A DNA stretch of 64,000 nt from Verrucomicrobiota bacterium (GTDB taxonomy: Bacteria; Verrucomicrobiota; Verrucomicrobiia; Limisphaerales; AAA164-E04). Of this stretch, positions 48,780 to 58,872 are shown piece by piece. The stretch covers positions 4,288,001 to 4,352,000 of the forward strand of contig CP170459.1 of the NCBI GenBank assembly GCA_047947115.1, read 5' to 3'. The notes below the pieces were generated by a model that saw only the letters and a program-made list of their open reading frames with translations, was not told the origin of the DNA and did not search any database. Position numbers and translations under genes: made by a program. The number at the start of each line of letters is the position of its first letter. Position 1 is the stretch's first letter.

Positions 48780-49832
48780 TCAGGATTCAGGCAGCCACTG
48801 ATTTTTCAGAATCTTGGCAATGTCCATAAAGGACTGAGCTGCCGGAGAATCGGGATCGGTGGCTGCGATGGGTTTCCCGGCATCACCAGCTACTCGAATT
48901 TCCGGGAATATTGGCACTTCACCCAGGAAAGGGATTCCCTTGCGTTCGGATTCCCCTCGCCCACCGCCGTGGCCGAAGATTTCGACGCGTTCACCGTTCG
49001 GCGTGGTGTAATAGCTCATATTCTCAACGATCCCGAGGATAGGAACATTAACCTTTTCAAACATGGCGATCCCCTTCCGAACGACTCCCACGGACGCTTC
49101 TTGCGGAGTGGTAACGATCACACCCCCGTCCAACGGAACCGTTTGACACAAAGAGATTTGGGCATCACCAGTACCTGGAGGTAAATCAACGAGCAAGATA
49201 TCCAGCTCACCCCAATCCACACTACTGAAAAACTGCTGAATGGTTTTCATGATCATAGGGCCGCGCCAGATGACCGGTTGATCATCCGTCAACAGGAACC
49301 CCATGCTCATCAACTTGATACCATGACTGATCAAGGGAAGCATTTTCTGTTCCGGCGTGATGGAAGGACGGTCGTTCACCCCCATCATCAAGGGGATACT
49401 GGGCCCGTAGATATCGCAATCCAACAGCCCCACCTTCACTCCCAAGTGTTGCAAGGCACAGGAAAGATTGACGGAAAGAGTGGATTTCCCCACACCACCC
49501 TTGCCACTGGCAACGGCTACAATCCGCTTTAAACCTGGTATGTTGTGCTGGTTCTCAAAAGCGTTCCCAGTCTGTCCAGTCTGACCACTGCCCTGCGGGG
49601 CTTTGGCTTGGACATGCACGTAATCAATACCGGGAACCGCCTTCAACACCCGCTCAACTTCGCTTTTGATTTGAGCGGCAATATCAACCGTGCCACTGCT
49701 AAGCTCAAGACCCACACTAACGGCGTTGTTGTTGATGGCTACATTTTTAACCAAACCGAAGGACACAATATCCCTGGAATACCCAGGATATTTCACCTGT
49801 TTCAGAAGTTCTTTGATCTGTTCTGCTGTCAT
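48780..49832 (-). CDS. mrp: Mrp/NBP35 Fe-S cluster carrier ATPase
   Basis: VASGKGGVGKST, DCDIYGPS, WRGPM, DLPPGTGD, VTTPQ, ENMS. Confidence 0.93.
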   Translation of the reverse strand: MTAEQIKELLKQVKYPGYSRDIVSFGLVKNVAINNNAVSVGLELSSGTVDIAAQIKSEVERVLKAVPGIDYVHVQAKAPQGSGQTGQTGNAFENQHNIPGLKRIVAVASGKGGVGKSTLSVNLSCALQHLGVKVGLLDCDIYGPSIPLMMGVNDRPSITPEQKMLPLISHGIKLMSMGFLLTDDQPVIWRGPMIMKTIQQFFSSVDWGELDILLVDLPPGTGDAQISLCQTVPLDGGVIVTTPQEASVGVVRKGIAMFEKVNVPILGIVENMSYYTTPNGERVEIFGHGGGRGESERKGIPFLGEVPIFPEIRVAGDAGKPIAATDPDSPAAQSFMDIAKILKNQWLPES

Positions 49833-50127
49833 AAATGATTCAGGTTCATTATTAACCCCATTCATCCCAAAGGCCTGCAATACTCCCTTGCACCGCTGGG
49901 ACAGGGCATCTCCGAAAACCTGCCACGCCATCCTAACCTCGTTCAAGACTTTGGCAACCGACTTTTTGGACTGGCCTTTCAGAAAGTGCCACTCTATAGA
50001 TAGTTCTGCTTGATGCCGTCGAATACTTGTCAATACAGGCAGGGTATTCCGGGTCTTTATGGGATCAGCGGGAAACCTGGCCAAGGCCTTCAATGAGTGA
50101 GCGGAAGATTTACTGAAATAAAAAGCA

Positions 50128-51687
50128 ATGAAACGGGTCGTTATATTAGTTAAATCCGGTGAAGAACAGGACCAGAAACTGGCCAAATTGATCGAGAACA
50201 AATTGATCCAGAAGGGTCATTCCGTGTTTGTCGATCGCGAAGCGCAAACCAGCATGGCTTGGGCGGAAAATGTGGCACAGCAGATCAAATCGGCAGACAT
50301 CGTGATTCCCCTCGTTTCCGATGCCTCATGCCGAAGTGAAATCTTTTCATATCAAATCGAAGCCGCGCACGACGCCGCACAAAAGCAAAATGGCGCACCG
50401 ACAATCATCCCCTGCCGTGTTGCCTTTACGGAAGATCTGCCCGACCCCATTGGCGGCATCCTGGCCCCCATCACCCACTTCCTTTGGGAAACGGAAGAGG
50501 ACAATGATCATTTGATTCAGGACCTTGAAGAACGGATCGACCATATCAAGGAAAGAAAGGATCCCGTCAAACTGACTGTGAAGCCGGGTCTGAGACTCGT
50601 CTCCAAACCCGCTCCCAAGCCAAAGCCCATCCGGGTCACCATTCCGGTCCAAACCAAACCCAAGGGTCAGCTTCCTCTGGAACCCATCGGCGGCGCCGTG
50701 CCCCTGAATTCAGAATTTTACATCAAGCGCATAGCGGATAAAGATTTCCGTGAAGCCCTGACCCGCTACGACAGTATTGTCCTCCTGAAAGGAGCACGTC
50801 AAATCGGGAAAACCTCTTTGCTCGCACGAGGGCTCCAAATGTCCCGTGAGCGAGGTGCGAAAGTCGCACTGACTGATTTTCAGAAATTCAACGCATCCAA
50901 TCTGGCTGATGTCTCCAGCTTCTATATCAGCCTTGCGGAATCCCTGGCCGAACAACTGGATTTGGACGTCCTTCCATCCGACACCTGGGATGAACGACGC
51001 GGTCCGAACGTGAATTTCGAACGATTCATCCGGAGAGAGGTGCTCAAGAACATGAACGCCCCTCTGGTGTGGGGTTTGGATGAAGTCGACCGGCTTTTTA
51101 CCTGCGATTACGGAAGTGAAGTGTTCGGTCTGTTCCGAAGCTGGCATAATGAACGTGCACTCGATCCAAGCGGCCCCTGGGCAGGTTTGACCCTCTGCAT
51201 CGCCTATGCCACCGAAGCGCACCTGTTCATCACGGACATGAACCAGTCCCCTTTCAACGTCGGCACCCGCCTGGCTCTGGAAGATTTCTCAGCCGAACAA
51301 ATCAAAGAGCTCGACGAACGTTATGGGAGTCCTTTGAAAACAGAAGATGAAGCGAAACAATTTCAAACACTGCTTGGAGGGCATCCTTTTCTGGTTCGCC
51401 GTGGGTTGCATGAGATGACCACCCGCAAGATCAGCTTTGCGGAATTTGAAGCCGGAGCCGACAAGGAAGACGGTATATTCGGCGACCATCTACGTCGCAT
51501 CCTGGTATTGTTGGCCAAAGACCCCGAATTGGCCGATGTGCTGAAGGGAGTCATCAACGGACAACCCTGCCCCACACCGGAAAGTTTTTACAGACTTCGC
51601 AGTTCCGGAATCATTCACGGCAATTCACAAAATGACTGCCAGACTCGCTGCGACCTTTACGCACGATTCCTGAAACAACATCTCTAA
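50128..51687 (+). CDS. TIR-like domain fused to AAA_35-type P-loop ATPase
   Basis: N-terminal HSVFVD...W...IKSADIVIPLVS; GGAVPLNSEFYIKR, GARQIGKTSL, LDEVD, SPFNVG, GGHPFLV. Confidence 0.8.
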   Translation: MKRVVILVKSGEEQDQKLAKLIENKLIQKGHSVFVDREAQTSMAWAENVAQQIKSADIVIPLVSDASCRSEIFSYQIEAAHDAAQKQNGAPTIIPCRVAFTEDLPDPIGGILAPITHFLWETEEDNDHLIQDLEERIDHIKERKDPVKLTVKPGLRLVSKPAPKPKPIRVTIPVQTKPKGQLPLEPIGGAVPLNSEFYIKRIADKDFREALTRYDSIVLLKGARQIGKTSLLARGLQMSRERGAKVALTDFQKFNASNLADVSSFYISLAESLAEQLDLDVLPSDTWDERRGPNVNFERFIRREVLKNMNAPLVWGLDEVDRLFTCDYGSEVFGLFRSWHNERALDPSGPWAGLTLCIAYATEAHLFITDMNQSPFNVGTRLALEDFSAEQIKELDERYGSPLKTEDEAKQFQTLLGGHPFLVRRGLHEMTTRKISFAEFEAGADKEDGIFGDHLRRILVLLAKDPELADVLKGVINGQPCPTPESFYRLRSSGIIHGNSQNDCQTRCDLYARFLKQHL

Positions 51688-51708
51688 GCTTCAGACAATC
51701 CAAACAGC

Positions 51709-51742
51709 GAAAAGCCGAGCAGATGCTCGGCTTTTCTTTTTT
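51709..51742 (+). terminator. Intrinsic terminator between convergent genes
   Basis: GAAAAGCCGAGC-AGAT-GCTCGGCTTTTC plus TTTTTT. Confidence 0.9.
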
Positions 51743-51763
51743 GATGGCGCGTTTCATTCGCCT

Positions 51764-53413
51764 TCATTCAGCCAACGGAATTCCACTGGGCACCCGCATC
51801 GGGATGTCGCGCGTCATGTTCAGCGCGCGTGGATCCGTAAGTGCATGAAGGAAGGAAAGCAATTGATCCGTTTCCGATTCGGAAAGTGAAACCGGCTCCA
51901 GTTCGTTGGCTTCAGCCAGATTATCCACCAGCGTAGCATCATCCATGAACTTCCAGTCCAACGCATCCAAATCGTGTCTCGGAGGCAGCACGGCCTGTTG
52001 CCTGTCATAGGTCGCCAGGGATCCGAATGGATGGAGATGATGCAACACCACCTGCCTCAAATCGCGATAGGCCCCATCGTGACCCCAGGGACCCGTCAAT
52101 GCCACATTGCGCAAGCTGGGGGTTCGAAAGCGATACCGGTCCTCGGGATCATCAGTGACTTTTTCACGGCCAAAATCCTCGCGTCCACCGGGACCGTCTC
52201 CTTTACCCGGCCCCAATTGAGGCATGCCAATGGCATGGAAATCGTGATCGGTCAAAAACGGTCCCTGATGGCAGGAAGCGCACTTGGCTTTTCCATAAAA
52301 CAAAATCATCCCCCGCTTTTGATCCGGACTCAATGCCGTCTGGTTCCCCCTCAGGTAACGGTCAAAGGGGGTGTCATCAAAACGCCAGGAATGTGCCTCA
52401 AATGCCGCAATGGCATTGGCGGCGTGTACGAAAGTGATGTCACCTGCGCCATCGACGTCATCAAATACATTGACGAAAAGATCGACGTATTCGGGTATGG
52501 ACTGCAACCGAACTGCCAAAGCCTGCCAAACTCCCGGCAGATCCTGCGCTACGGCTAGATCCGCCACCAGGTTTTCTCCGGCTTGCCCAGCCATCTCGGC
52601 GCCCGAAGTGACCGGGAACATGGCCTGCACGGCCAACACATTGTCCAGACCTGCTGGAAGATCATTGCCGGCCGGAGATCGGAATCCGTGGGGCTGATCA
52701 GCGGCCAGTTCAACACGTCCGTCGTGAAACATGCGTTCAAACTCACGAGCGCCTCTGTTGAAGATGTCGGGAGCGTTTCTTGGAACACGTTCATGAATCG
52801 CCTGATCTCCCACTCCGATATGTCGAGTTGGACCGAGTCCGCGGCCTCCCTCACCAATCGGAAGCGACAGAAGATCACTGGTTCCGGTCAGGGAATGATG
52901 ACAGGTCGCGCAAGAAATATTCATATTTCCACTCAGAACTTTGTCAAAAAACAGCATGCGTCCCAATTCAACTTTGGCCGGATCGGGTGTTCCATGATCA
53001 TAGAAATCGGAATCCCGGACAGGGCCCGGAACCGGAAATGCCAATGGGTGTCGATTCAGTCTGAAAAACATTGGAACACCCGTTTCGAATCCATCAGGGG
53101 CTCCATCGGAATCATGTTTCCAGAAAAGATTGTTCCAGTAACTCTTCCATTCTCCTTGAAACCCGTTTTTAAACTCCAGTTCATAAGCTGCCGGGCCGTC
53201 TTCGGCATCAGACCATTGAACGCGTCCGTTGTGTGAAATCGATTTCAAACCCTGAGAGGTTTGGGCGTTTGATTCACCGGTTGGCATGACCAGTGTGCAA
53301 GCAAATATCCAGGCGCAAAGCCGGGCGGGCATACGAAAGCATTTTTGTTCGTAGGGCATTTTCATGTTGTTATCTCCTTTGGTTGAACAGATGTGTTTGT
53401 TCAAAACTGACAT
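51764..53413 (-). CDS. Di-haem cytochrome c peroxidase / MauG-family protein
   Basis: LGRMLFFDKVLSG, CATCH, RNAP, MFHDGR, CASCH, FRTPSLRNVALTGPWGHDG; start may be 53359 or 53365. Confidence 0.88.
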   Translation of the reverse strand: MSVLNKHICSTKGDNNMKMPYEQKCFRMPARLCAWIFACTLVMPTGESNAQTSQGLKSISHNGRVQWSDAEDGPAAYELEFKNGFQGEWKSYWNNLFWKHDSDGAPDGFETGVPMFFRLNRHPLAFPVPGPVRDSDFYDHGTPDPAKVELGRMLFFDKVLSGNMNISCATCHHSLTGTSDLLSLPIGEGGRGLGPTRHIGVGDQAIHERVPRNAPDIFNRGAREFERMFHDGRVELAADQPHGFRSPAGNDLPAGLDNVLAVQAMFPVTSGAEMAGQAGENLVADLAVAQDLPGVWQALAVRLQSIPEYVDLFVNVFDDVDGAGDITFVHAANAIAAFEAHSWRFDDTPFDRYLRGNQTALSPDQKRGMILFYGKAKCASCHQGPFLTDHDFHAIGMPQLGPGKGDGPGGREDFGREKVTDDPEDRYRFRTPSLRNVALTGPWGHDGAYRDLRQVVLHHLHPFGSLATYDRQQAVLPPRHDLDALDWKFMDDATLVDNLAEANELEPVSLSESETDQLLSFLHALTDPRALNMTRDIPMRVPSGIPLAE

Positions 53414-53668
53414 AGCAAGAAGTATGCATTTTGCGGATTTGCGAAAATGTCATCGATGAATCAGAAACCATTCGAACCTGATGATCGGGCAAATGCCCTA
53501 CGGTCAACAGGTGTATCTGAAGGGCATATGAGACCGTAACTTTATTTACAGCACTCGGGTTGGGTCTGCAGAATCGTTTCAACCAAAAAAGCACCCACAT
53601 AACAGACGAACGCTTTCAGGCGTGAGCATCGGTCCTTTTTCAGGGATCATCATCAACGGTAAGCATCT

Positions 53669-55780
53669 ATGAGGAAACACAAAGCACATCAGATTCAAGT
53701 GGCTGGATTTGAAGAGGCAGAATCCTTGTCAAATGATGAAAAATTTCGCAAAGCGATGGAGGCAGCACCTCTGGCGATGTTGAAAGTGGATCAAAAAGGG
53801 ACCATCCTGTTTGCCAATCAAAGCGCGCTGGACCTGTTCGGCTACGAGAAGCAAGAACTGTTGAACAAACCGGTCGAAACACTCCTTCCTGGCGAGTTGC
53901 GACACCTGCACAAGCAACATCTACAGAATTTCTCCAGGAAGCCGGACAATCGACGCATGGCAAAAGACCGAGACCTTTTCGGGCAGCACAAGGACGGATC
54001 ACTGATTTACCTTCAAATAGGACTCACTCCGCTCAATTTCACCGGTGACCACCAGATATTGGTGACGATACATGACATATCAGACCAAAAGCGTTTTGAG
54101 GAACCGCAGGCACAATTGAACACCGAACGGGAGGAGCGTATCAACGAATCGGAGCGACAACGGTGTGCAGCATTGAAACTGGCCCAAGATGCGGAAAGAG
54201 CCCGCCTCCGGGCGGAAGCAGCCGAACAAAGATTGGCCAAAGTTGCTTCCGATTTAGCATTGTTCAAATCCACACAATCGAGGAAAACAATAAAGCACCG
54301 ACTCAACGGTTTTCACCTGCGCAATATGATCCGATGCGGCAACCAAATCAGAAGGTTGAGCATCAAACGCCGATCACTCGACGGTGTCGCCGATGAAATT
54401 GTTGAGTTTTTTGATCAGCATTTCATTGATCACGACAACAACAAGGCATTTTCCTGTATCCGATTCTTCCGCACGCAGGCTTTTGCCACTCTCACCCAGA
54501 AGCAAAAGACCTTTTTATTAAAAGATACAACGGATATCGGACAGGATGAAATGTGCCTCGTCCAATGTGGTTTTGTCTGCAAGGACAAGGCTGAGGACAT
54601 CACCAGCGATACATTCGGCATACACGGAGATCTTCCTCAACATTTCGCAACCCCCCTGAGTTCCAACAACTCAAAAAACCCCATCCCGCTCGTCCAGGCC
54701 ATGCTGTGTTATCTGGGGCATAACAGTAGATTGAAAGGAAAAACGCTGAACCAGGAGGAATGGATGATCGGAAACAAATATCCCGGTTACGTCTCCCTTA
54801 TTTCAAGAACTCCGGCAGGAACCTCGGCAGATGATCATCCTTCGACACTCATGGGATTAGGAGGGGTGTTGATAGACGAGCAGTTGTTCCTGATGATCGC
54901 CCAGGCAAACACCCACATTTCAGAGGAAACATTCATGCTTCTTTCCCACCTGAACCTCAGCATCAAGCTGTCGTTGCTTCCCCTCTGCGCACACGAAGAT
55001 CGGACGATCGAACAAATCAAAACGGTTCAAACCTTGCTGCAAAGAACTCAAAATCTCGTCATTGATCAGGAAAACAGATTAAGACTCACCATGGAGCAAC
55101 TGGAATACACCAACGCCGAACTCGACCAGTTCGCCTATATCGCTTCCCACGATCTGCAGGCCCCATTGCACGGAATATCCAATCTGGCCGATTTTCTGCT
55201 CGAGGATTTGCAGGATACCATTCCGGAAGATTCCAGAAACGACCTGCTCATGCTCAAAAGCAGGACAGGCCGGATGAAAAAGTTGCTCAATGATCTGTTG
55301 GAATACGCACGGGTAGGACACCAGCATCCGAATTTCGAAGAACTGTCGATCAAGGAAGTGGTGAATGACATTCTCATCCTGTTTGAAATACCCCGAACCT
55401 TCACCGTTCATGTTCCAGAAGAACTCCCCGTCATCAGGTCTCCACGAACCATCATGGACCTTATTTTCCGCAACTTGATTGGAAACGCGCTCAAGCATCA
55501 TGATCGTGAATCAGGTCGGATTGAAATTACATGTGTCAAAGTTGGCCGCATGTTTGAGTTGGGCGTAAAAGATGACGGTCCTGGCATTGATCCGGCCTAC
55601 CATGAGCAGATCTTCAACGTTTTCAACACCCTGAAACCACGTGATCAAGTCGAAGGAAGCGGCATGGGACTCGCCATCGTTGAAAAAACCGTACAACACT
55701 ATGGAGGCACCATGTCACTGGATTCCGAAAAAGGGAAAGGAGCCCATTTTAAGTTTACATGGCCTCAGAAGTGCGGGTAA
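53669..55780 (+). CDS. Cytoplasmic PAS sensor histidine kinase
   Basis: PAS (FANQSALDLFGY, HKDGS), H-box FAYIASHDLQAPL, NLIGNALKH, DDGPGI, GSGMGL. Confidence 0.9.
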   Translation: MRKHKAHQIQVAGFEEAESLSNDEKFRKAMEAAPLAMLKVDQKGTILFANQSALDLFGYEKQELLNKPVETLLPGELRHLHKQHLQNFSRKPDNRRMAKDRDLFGQHKDGSLIYLQIGLTPLNFTGDHQILVTIHDISDQKRFEEPQAQLNTEREERINESERQRCAALKLAQDAERARLRAEAAEQRLAKVASDLALFKSTQSRKTIKHRLNGFHLRNMIRCGNQIRRLSIKRRSLDGVADEIVEFFDQHFIDHDNNKAFSCIRFFRTQAFATLTQKQKTFLLKDTTDIGQDEMCLVQCGFVCKDKAEDITSDTFGIHGDLPQHFATPLSSNNSKNPIPLVQAMLCYLGHNSRLKGKTLNQEEWMIGNKYPGYVSLISRTPAGTSADDHPSTLMGLGGVLIDEQLFLMIAQANTHISEETFMLLSHLNLSIKLSLLPLCAHEDRTIEQIKTVQTLLQRTQNLVIDQENRLRLTMEQLEYTNAELDQFAYIASHDLQAPLHGISNLADFLLEDLQDTIPEDSRNDLLMLKSRTGRMKKLLNDLLEYARVGHQHPNFEELSIKEVVNDILILFEIPRTFTVHVPEELPVIRSPRTIMDLIFRNLIGNALKHHDRESGRIEITCVKVGRMFELGVKDDGPGIDPAYHEQIFNVFNTLKPRDQVEGSGMGLAIVEKTVQHYGGTMSLDSEKGKGAHFKFTWPQKCG

Positions 55781-55871
55781 CCTCTGCCACAGATGGAGGG
55801 GGAGGCAGTGCTGCACGTTGCCTTTCCAAGTAACAAGACCTTGTTTTTTTAACGAAAAGGGAGTTTGTACT

Positions 55872-56342
55872 ATGAAAGGTGCTATTCAGGAGAAGAAATC
55901 GGTCAATCGTAATCTCAGAATTCTTCACATTGAAGATGATGAAATCGACCAACGCAAAGTCGCACGCGCGCTGTCAAAACTGAACATCGATTTACCGTTG
56001 CATTCAGTTCGTGATGGACAGGAAGCCCTGGAGTTGCTCAGAGGGAAGGAATGCAGTTCCATACTGAACAGTCCTTTGCTGATATTGCTGGACCTGAACA
56101 TGCCCCGTGTTTCTGGCATCGAGTTTCTTGAAAAAATCCGCAAGGAGCCCGGACTGAAACGTGCCGTTGTTCTGGTTTTCACCACCTCAAATGATGAGTC
56201 CGACAAAATGAGGGCCTACGACTATAATGTGGCGGGTTATATCCTGAAAACGAATGATGCCGAGGATTTCCAGGAGACCATGCGTGTCATTAAAGACTAC
56301 ATTTCATCGGTTGAATTCCCAACATTGATCCACGCGGCCTGA
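55872..56342 (+). CDS. Single-domain response regulator (Rcp1-like)
   Basis: HIEDD, ILLDLNMPRVSG, VFTTS, AGYILK. Confidence 0.9.
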   Translation: MKGAIQEKKSVNRNLRILHIEDDEIDQRKVARALSKLNIDLPLHSVRDGQEALELLRGKECSSILNSPLLILLDLNMPRVSGIEFLEKIRKEPGLKRAVVLVFTTSNDESDKMRAYDYNVAGYILKTNDAEDFQETMRVIKDYISSVEFPTLIHAA

Positions 56343-56365
56343 CATACAGAGGCAGAGACACCAGC

Positions 56366-57040
56366 CTAATCTCCATTGGGATCTTCCAACTGTTCCTTGG
56401 AGAAAGTCTCATAACATTGTTCACAAAAACCGTGGGAAAATTGAGCATTTGTATGTTTGGACACATAAATCTCCATACGCTCCCATACCCCGTCATCGCT
56501 GCGAATCTTTTTACACACCGAGCAGATGGGGATGATGCCTTCCAAGGTCTGGATACGTTCCAGTGCCGATCCCAACTCTTTGACCAACCTGTTCTTTGCC
56601 GAAAGTAACTTTACCCTCTCCATGGCGTATCGAATGGTCTTTTCCAGAAGTCGATCATCAAAACTCCCTTTCACCAAATAATCCTGCGCCCCGGCTTCCA
56701 CCATTTCCAACCCCAAAGTCCGATCGTCCAGAACCGTCAAAATAATAATGGGAATGTCACTGGTTTTTTTATCCTTTGCTTTCCTGAAAAAATCCAAAGC
56801 CGTTCCGTCCGGCAAACGGAAATCAAGCATCACACAGTCAAACCGCTGACACTCCATGGCTTCCTCAGCCATGGCAAGTGTGTCTGCCTCGTGAAGCTCG
56901 TAAGAAGGCATCGATCTGCATCGCCCCAAGTGGCTCTTGAAAGCTGCCCGATCGACAACATCATCATCGATCAGAAGGATATGCAATGTTTCTTCATCAG
57001 GCAATTTTATAACATAAGATATTAAGTAAATTAACTCCAA
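56366..57040 (-). CDS. Response regulator with C-terminal Cys4 motif
   Basis: LIDDD, MLDFRLPDG, AGAQDYLVK; tail IPICSVCKKIR...FSHGFCEQC. Confidence 0.85.
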   Translation of the reverse strand: MELIYLISYVIKLPDEETLHILLIDDDVVDRAAFKSHLGRCRSMPSYELHEADTLAMAEEAMECQRFDCVMLDFRLPDGTALDFFRKAKDKKTSDIPIIILTVLDDRTLGLEMVEAGAQDYLVKGSFDDRLLEKTIRYAMERVKLLSAKNRLVKELGSALERIQTLEGIIPICSVCKKIRSDDGVWERMEIYVSKHTNAQFSHGFCEQCYETFSKEQLEDPNGD

Positions 57041-57179
57041 TATATTGCAAGCCTAAAATCAAAGATGGTTCTCTATAAAGCACAGTCAGAAAATAGAACT
57101 TCATGACCGACAGGGCCAAGTTTCAGCTTGAACCCACTTCAAAGCCCGGAGCATTGTAATTGCCCCTGATCATGGTGGT

Positions 57180-58844
57180 CTATTTCGACATTGCCACCTG
57201 CTCCGCAAGGCGCTTCCCCATCTCCAGAATGCCCGCTGTCGATATCACCAACTCCTTTTCGGTATCCGGAAAATCCCTCCATTTGACATGAACGGTATCC
57301 GGATCACTTTGCAATGCTTCTTCAACTTGTGAAAGAACGTCGATTCGGCTGAGTTCTTCATTATGAGTGGGAGATTGCTGGCTGACATACCACTTCAGGT
57401 GCGGACGCATCAGATCCAGTCGTGTTTGCCGAATGATCGTCACCAATCGCTCTGGCGCCTGCTTCCGGTATGGATGAAAAGACATATCATTTTCACCCAA
57501 ATGATACCAGATTCCGGCCAAGTCGACTTCGTGCCCCCTTTTTTCCAATTCTTGAATGGATGTTTTGATGAAGTTTACGAAATCCGGGTACAGGTGGCGT
57601 GAGCGCGCCTCACTTCCTTCAGGCGTCCAATCAATGATCTGAGAACCACTGTGAGTGAATTTCGCGATCGCGAACTGACCCGCCCCCATCCTTTGCAGTT
57701 CCGAACCAAAACTAAGCTCAGGCCCAAAAGTATCATAATAATCAACCACACCGAGTGGTTCCCAATCCGTCGACCTGCGATATCCTCCCCCGATATCATA
57801 CCGATAAGCAATCTCTGTTTGATCGCCCTGCAAGTGATTCCAGGTCGATGAATCCCGCAACTCCTGAACAAAAGCACGCTCACCTTCCATATTACGATGA
57901 CCGGCGAGTACGAACAACTTCACCCTGGACCCGGGAGCATAAGGCCACTTTTCGAGCCGACGATCCTCCCGATGCCACAATTTCATGTTGTGCAAATAAG
58001 CCTCGGCATAATTGGCTCCATGCTGCAATTGCCCCAACGTGCCGTAATGATAATGTAATCCAACCGGACGCCCGATTTCCACTCCCACATGCGATGTGGG
58101 CACATACTGGGCTAGATGATCACTCTGAGCCACCGACTTTTGCCCCAGACTGATGGCGTACATACGAGGACGAAGATCCATTCCCCAAATGGTTTTTGTG
58201 CACAACTCGCCGATGTAAAAACGAAGATCCGGCGCATGCAAATCCCGGCGCACACATTCAAGAAATCGGGTGAGGTGGGCTCCATATTTGGCCATGTAAT
58301 CTTCATTAAACATGTCATTCTCGCCCTGGTGCCACATGAATCCTTCGAGTCGATACGGAATGCCGCCGGCTTCCAGCTCGGCCAAAGAAGTGCGCACCAA
58401 ATCCAAAAGGATGGGATACATCTTGAATCCGCTTGGTTCATCGGGATTCCAATCGCCACCCAGATGAGTCCCCCCCGCAGCGCACTTGATGATGGCAATC
58501 GGAGCGTCCACCTTGGCAGCCACATCCCGGGCAAAACTCAGTTCCGGGCCAACCACACCGTCGACCGGCTGCAGCTCCACCCAGCCATTCGACCGCATCT
58601 TGTTCTCACGACCTATACAATAAGAAAAACGAACTCCTTTCTGAGGTGCCTCCAAGCCTCGAAAAGGAGGGAACTTGAGAATGTCTTCCACATGAGAATC
58701 AGACCCCACCATGTTCGACTGACCGGCAAAGATGAATACACGAACCGGCGCCGTCTCGTTCTCAGCCCATACCGCAGTGACACTCAGACCAAGGCATGTC
58801 ACAAACAAGGGTGTCAAGTTCTTCAAAAAAATCATCCATTTCAT
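57180..58844 (-). CDS. Secreted tandem SASA (sialate O-acetylesterase-like, DUF303) protein
   Basis: FAGQSNM, GPELSF (twice), WHQGEND and YHLGEND. Confidence 0.8.
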   Translation of the reverse strand: MKWMIFLKNLTPLFVTCLGLSVTAVWAENETAPVRVFIFAGQSNMVGSDSHVEDILKFPPFRGLEAPQKGVRFSYCIGRENKMRSNGWVELQPVDGVVGPELSFARDVAAKVDAPIAIIKCAAGGTHLGGDWNPDEPSGFKMYPILLDLVRTSLAELEAGGIPYRLEGFMWHQGENDMFNEDYMAKYGAHLTRFLECVRRDLHAPDLRFYIGELCTKTIWGMDLRPRMYAISLGQKSVAQSDHLAQYVPTSHVGVEIGRPVGLHYHYGTLGQLQHGANYAEAYLHNMKLWHREDRRLEKWPYAPGSRVKLFVLAGHRNMEGERAFVQELRDSSTWNHLQGDQTEIAYRYDIGGGYRRSTDWEPLGVVDYYDTFGPELSFGSELQRMGAGQFAIAKFTHSGSQIIDWTPEGSEARSRHLYPDFVNFIKTSIQELEKRGHEVDLAGIWYHLGENDMSFHPYRKQAPERLVTIIRQTRLDLMRPHLKWYVSQQSPTHNEELSRIDVLSQVEEALQSDPDTVHVKWRDFPDTEKELVISTAGILEMGKRLAEQVAMSK

Positions 58845-58872
58845 CCAGCATATCCTGTCTAAAAAACAAACA

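Noticed and set aside
49833..50201. N-terminal 122-aa extension of Mrp
   Set aside because: Overlaps the divergent TIR gene and promoter region; homology starts at MTAEQIKELL
53415..53432. sigma54 promoter for the cytochrome c peroxidase
   Set aside because: Minus strand ATGCATACTTCTTGCT lacks the invariant GG at -24
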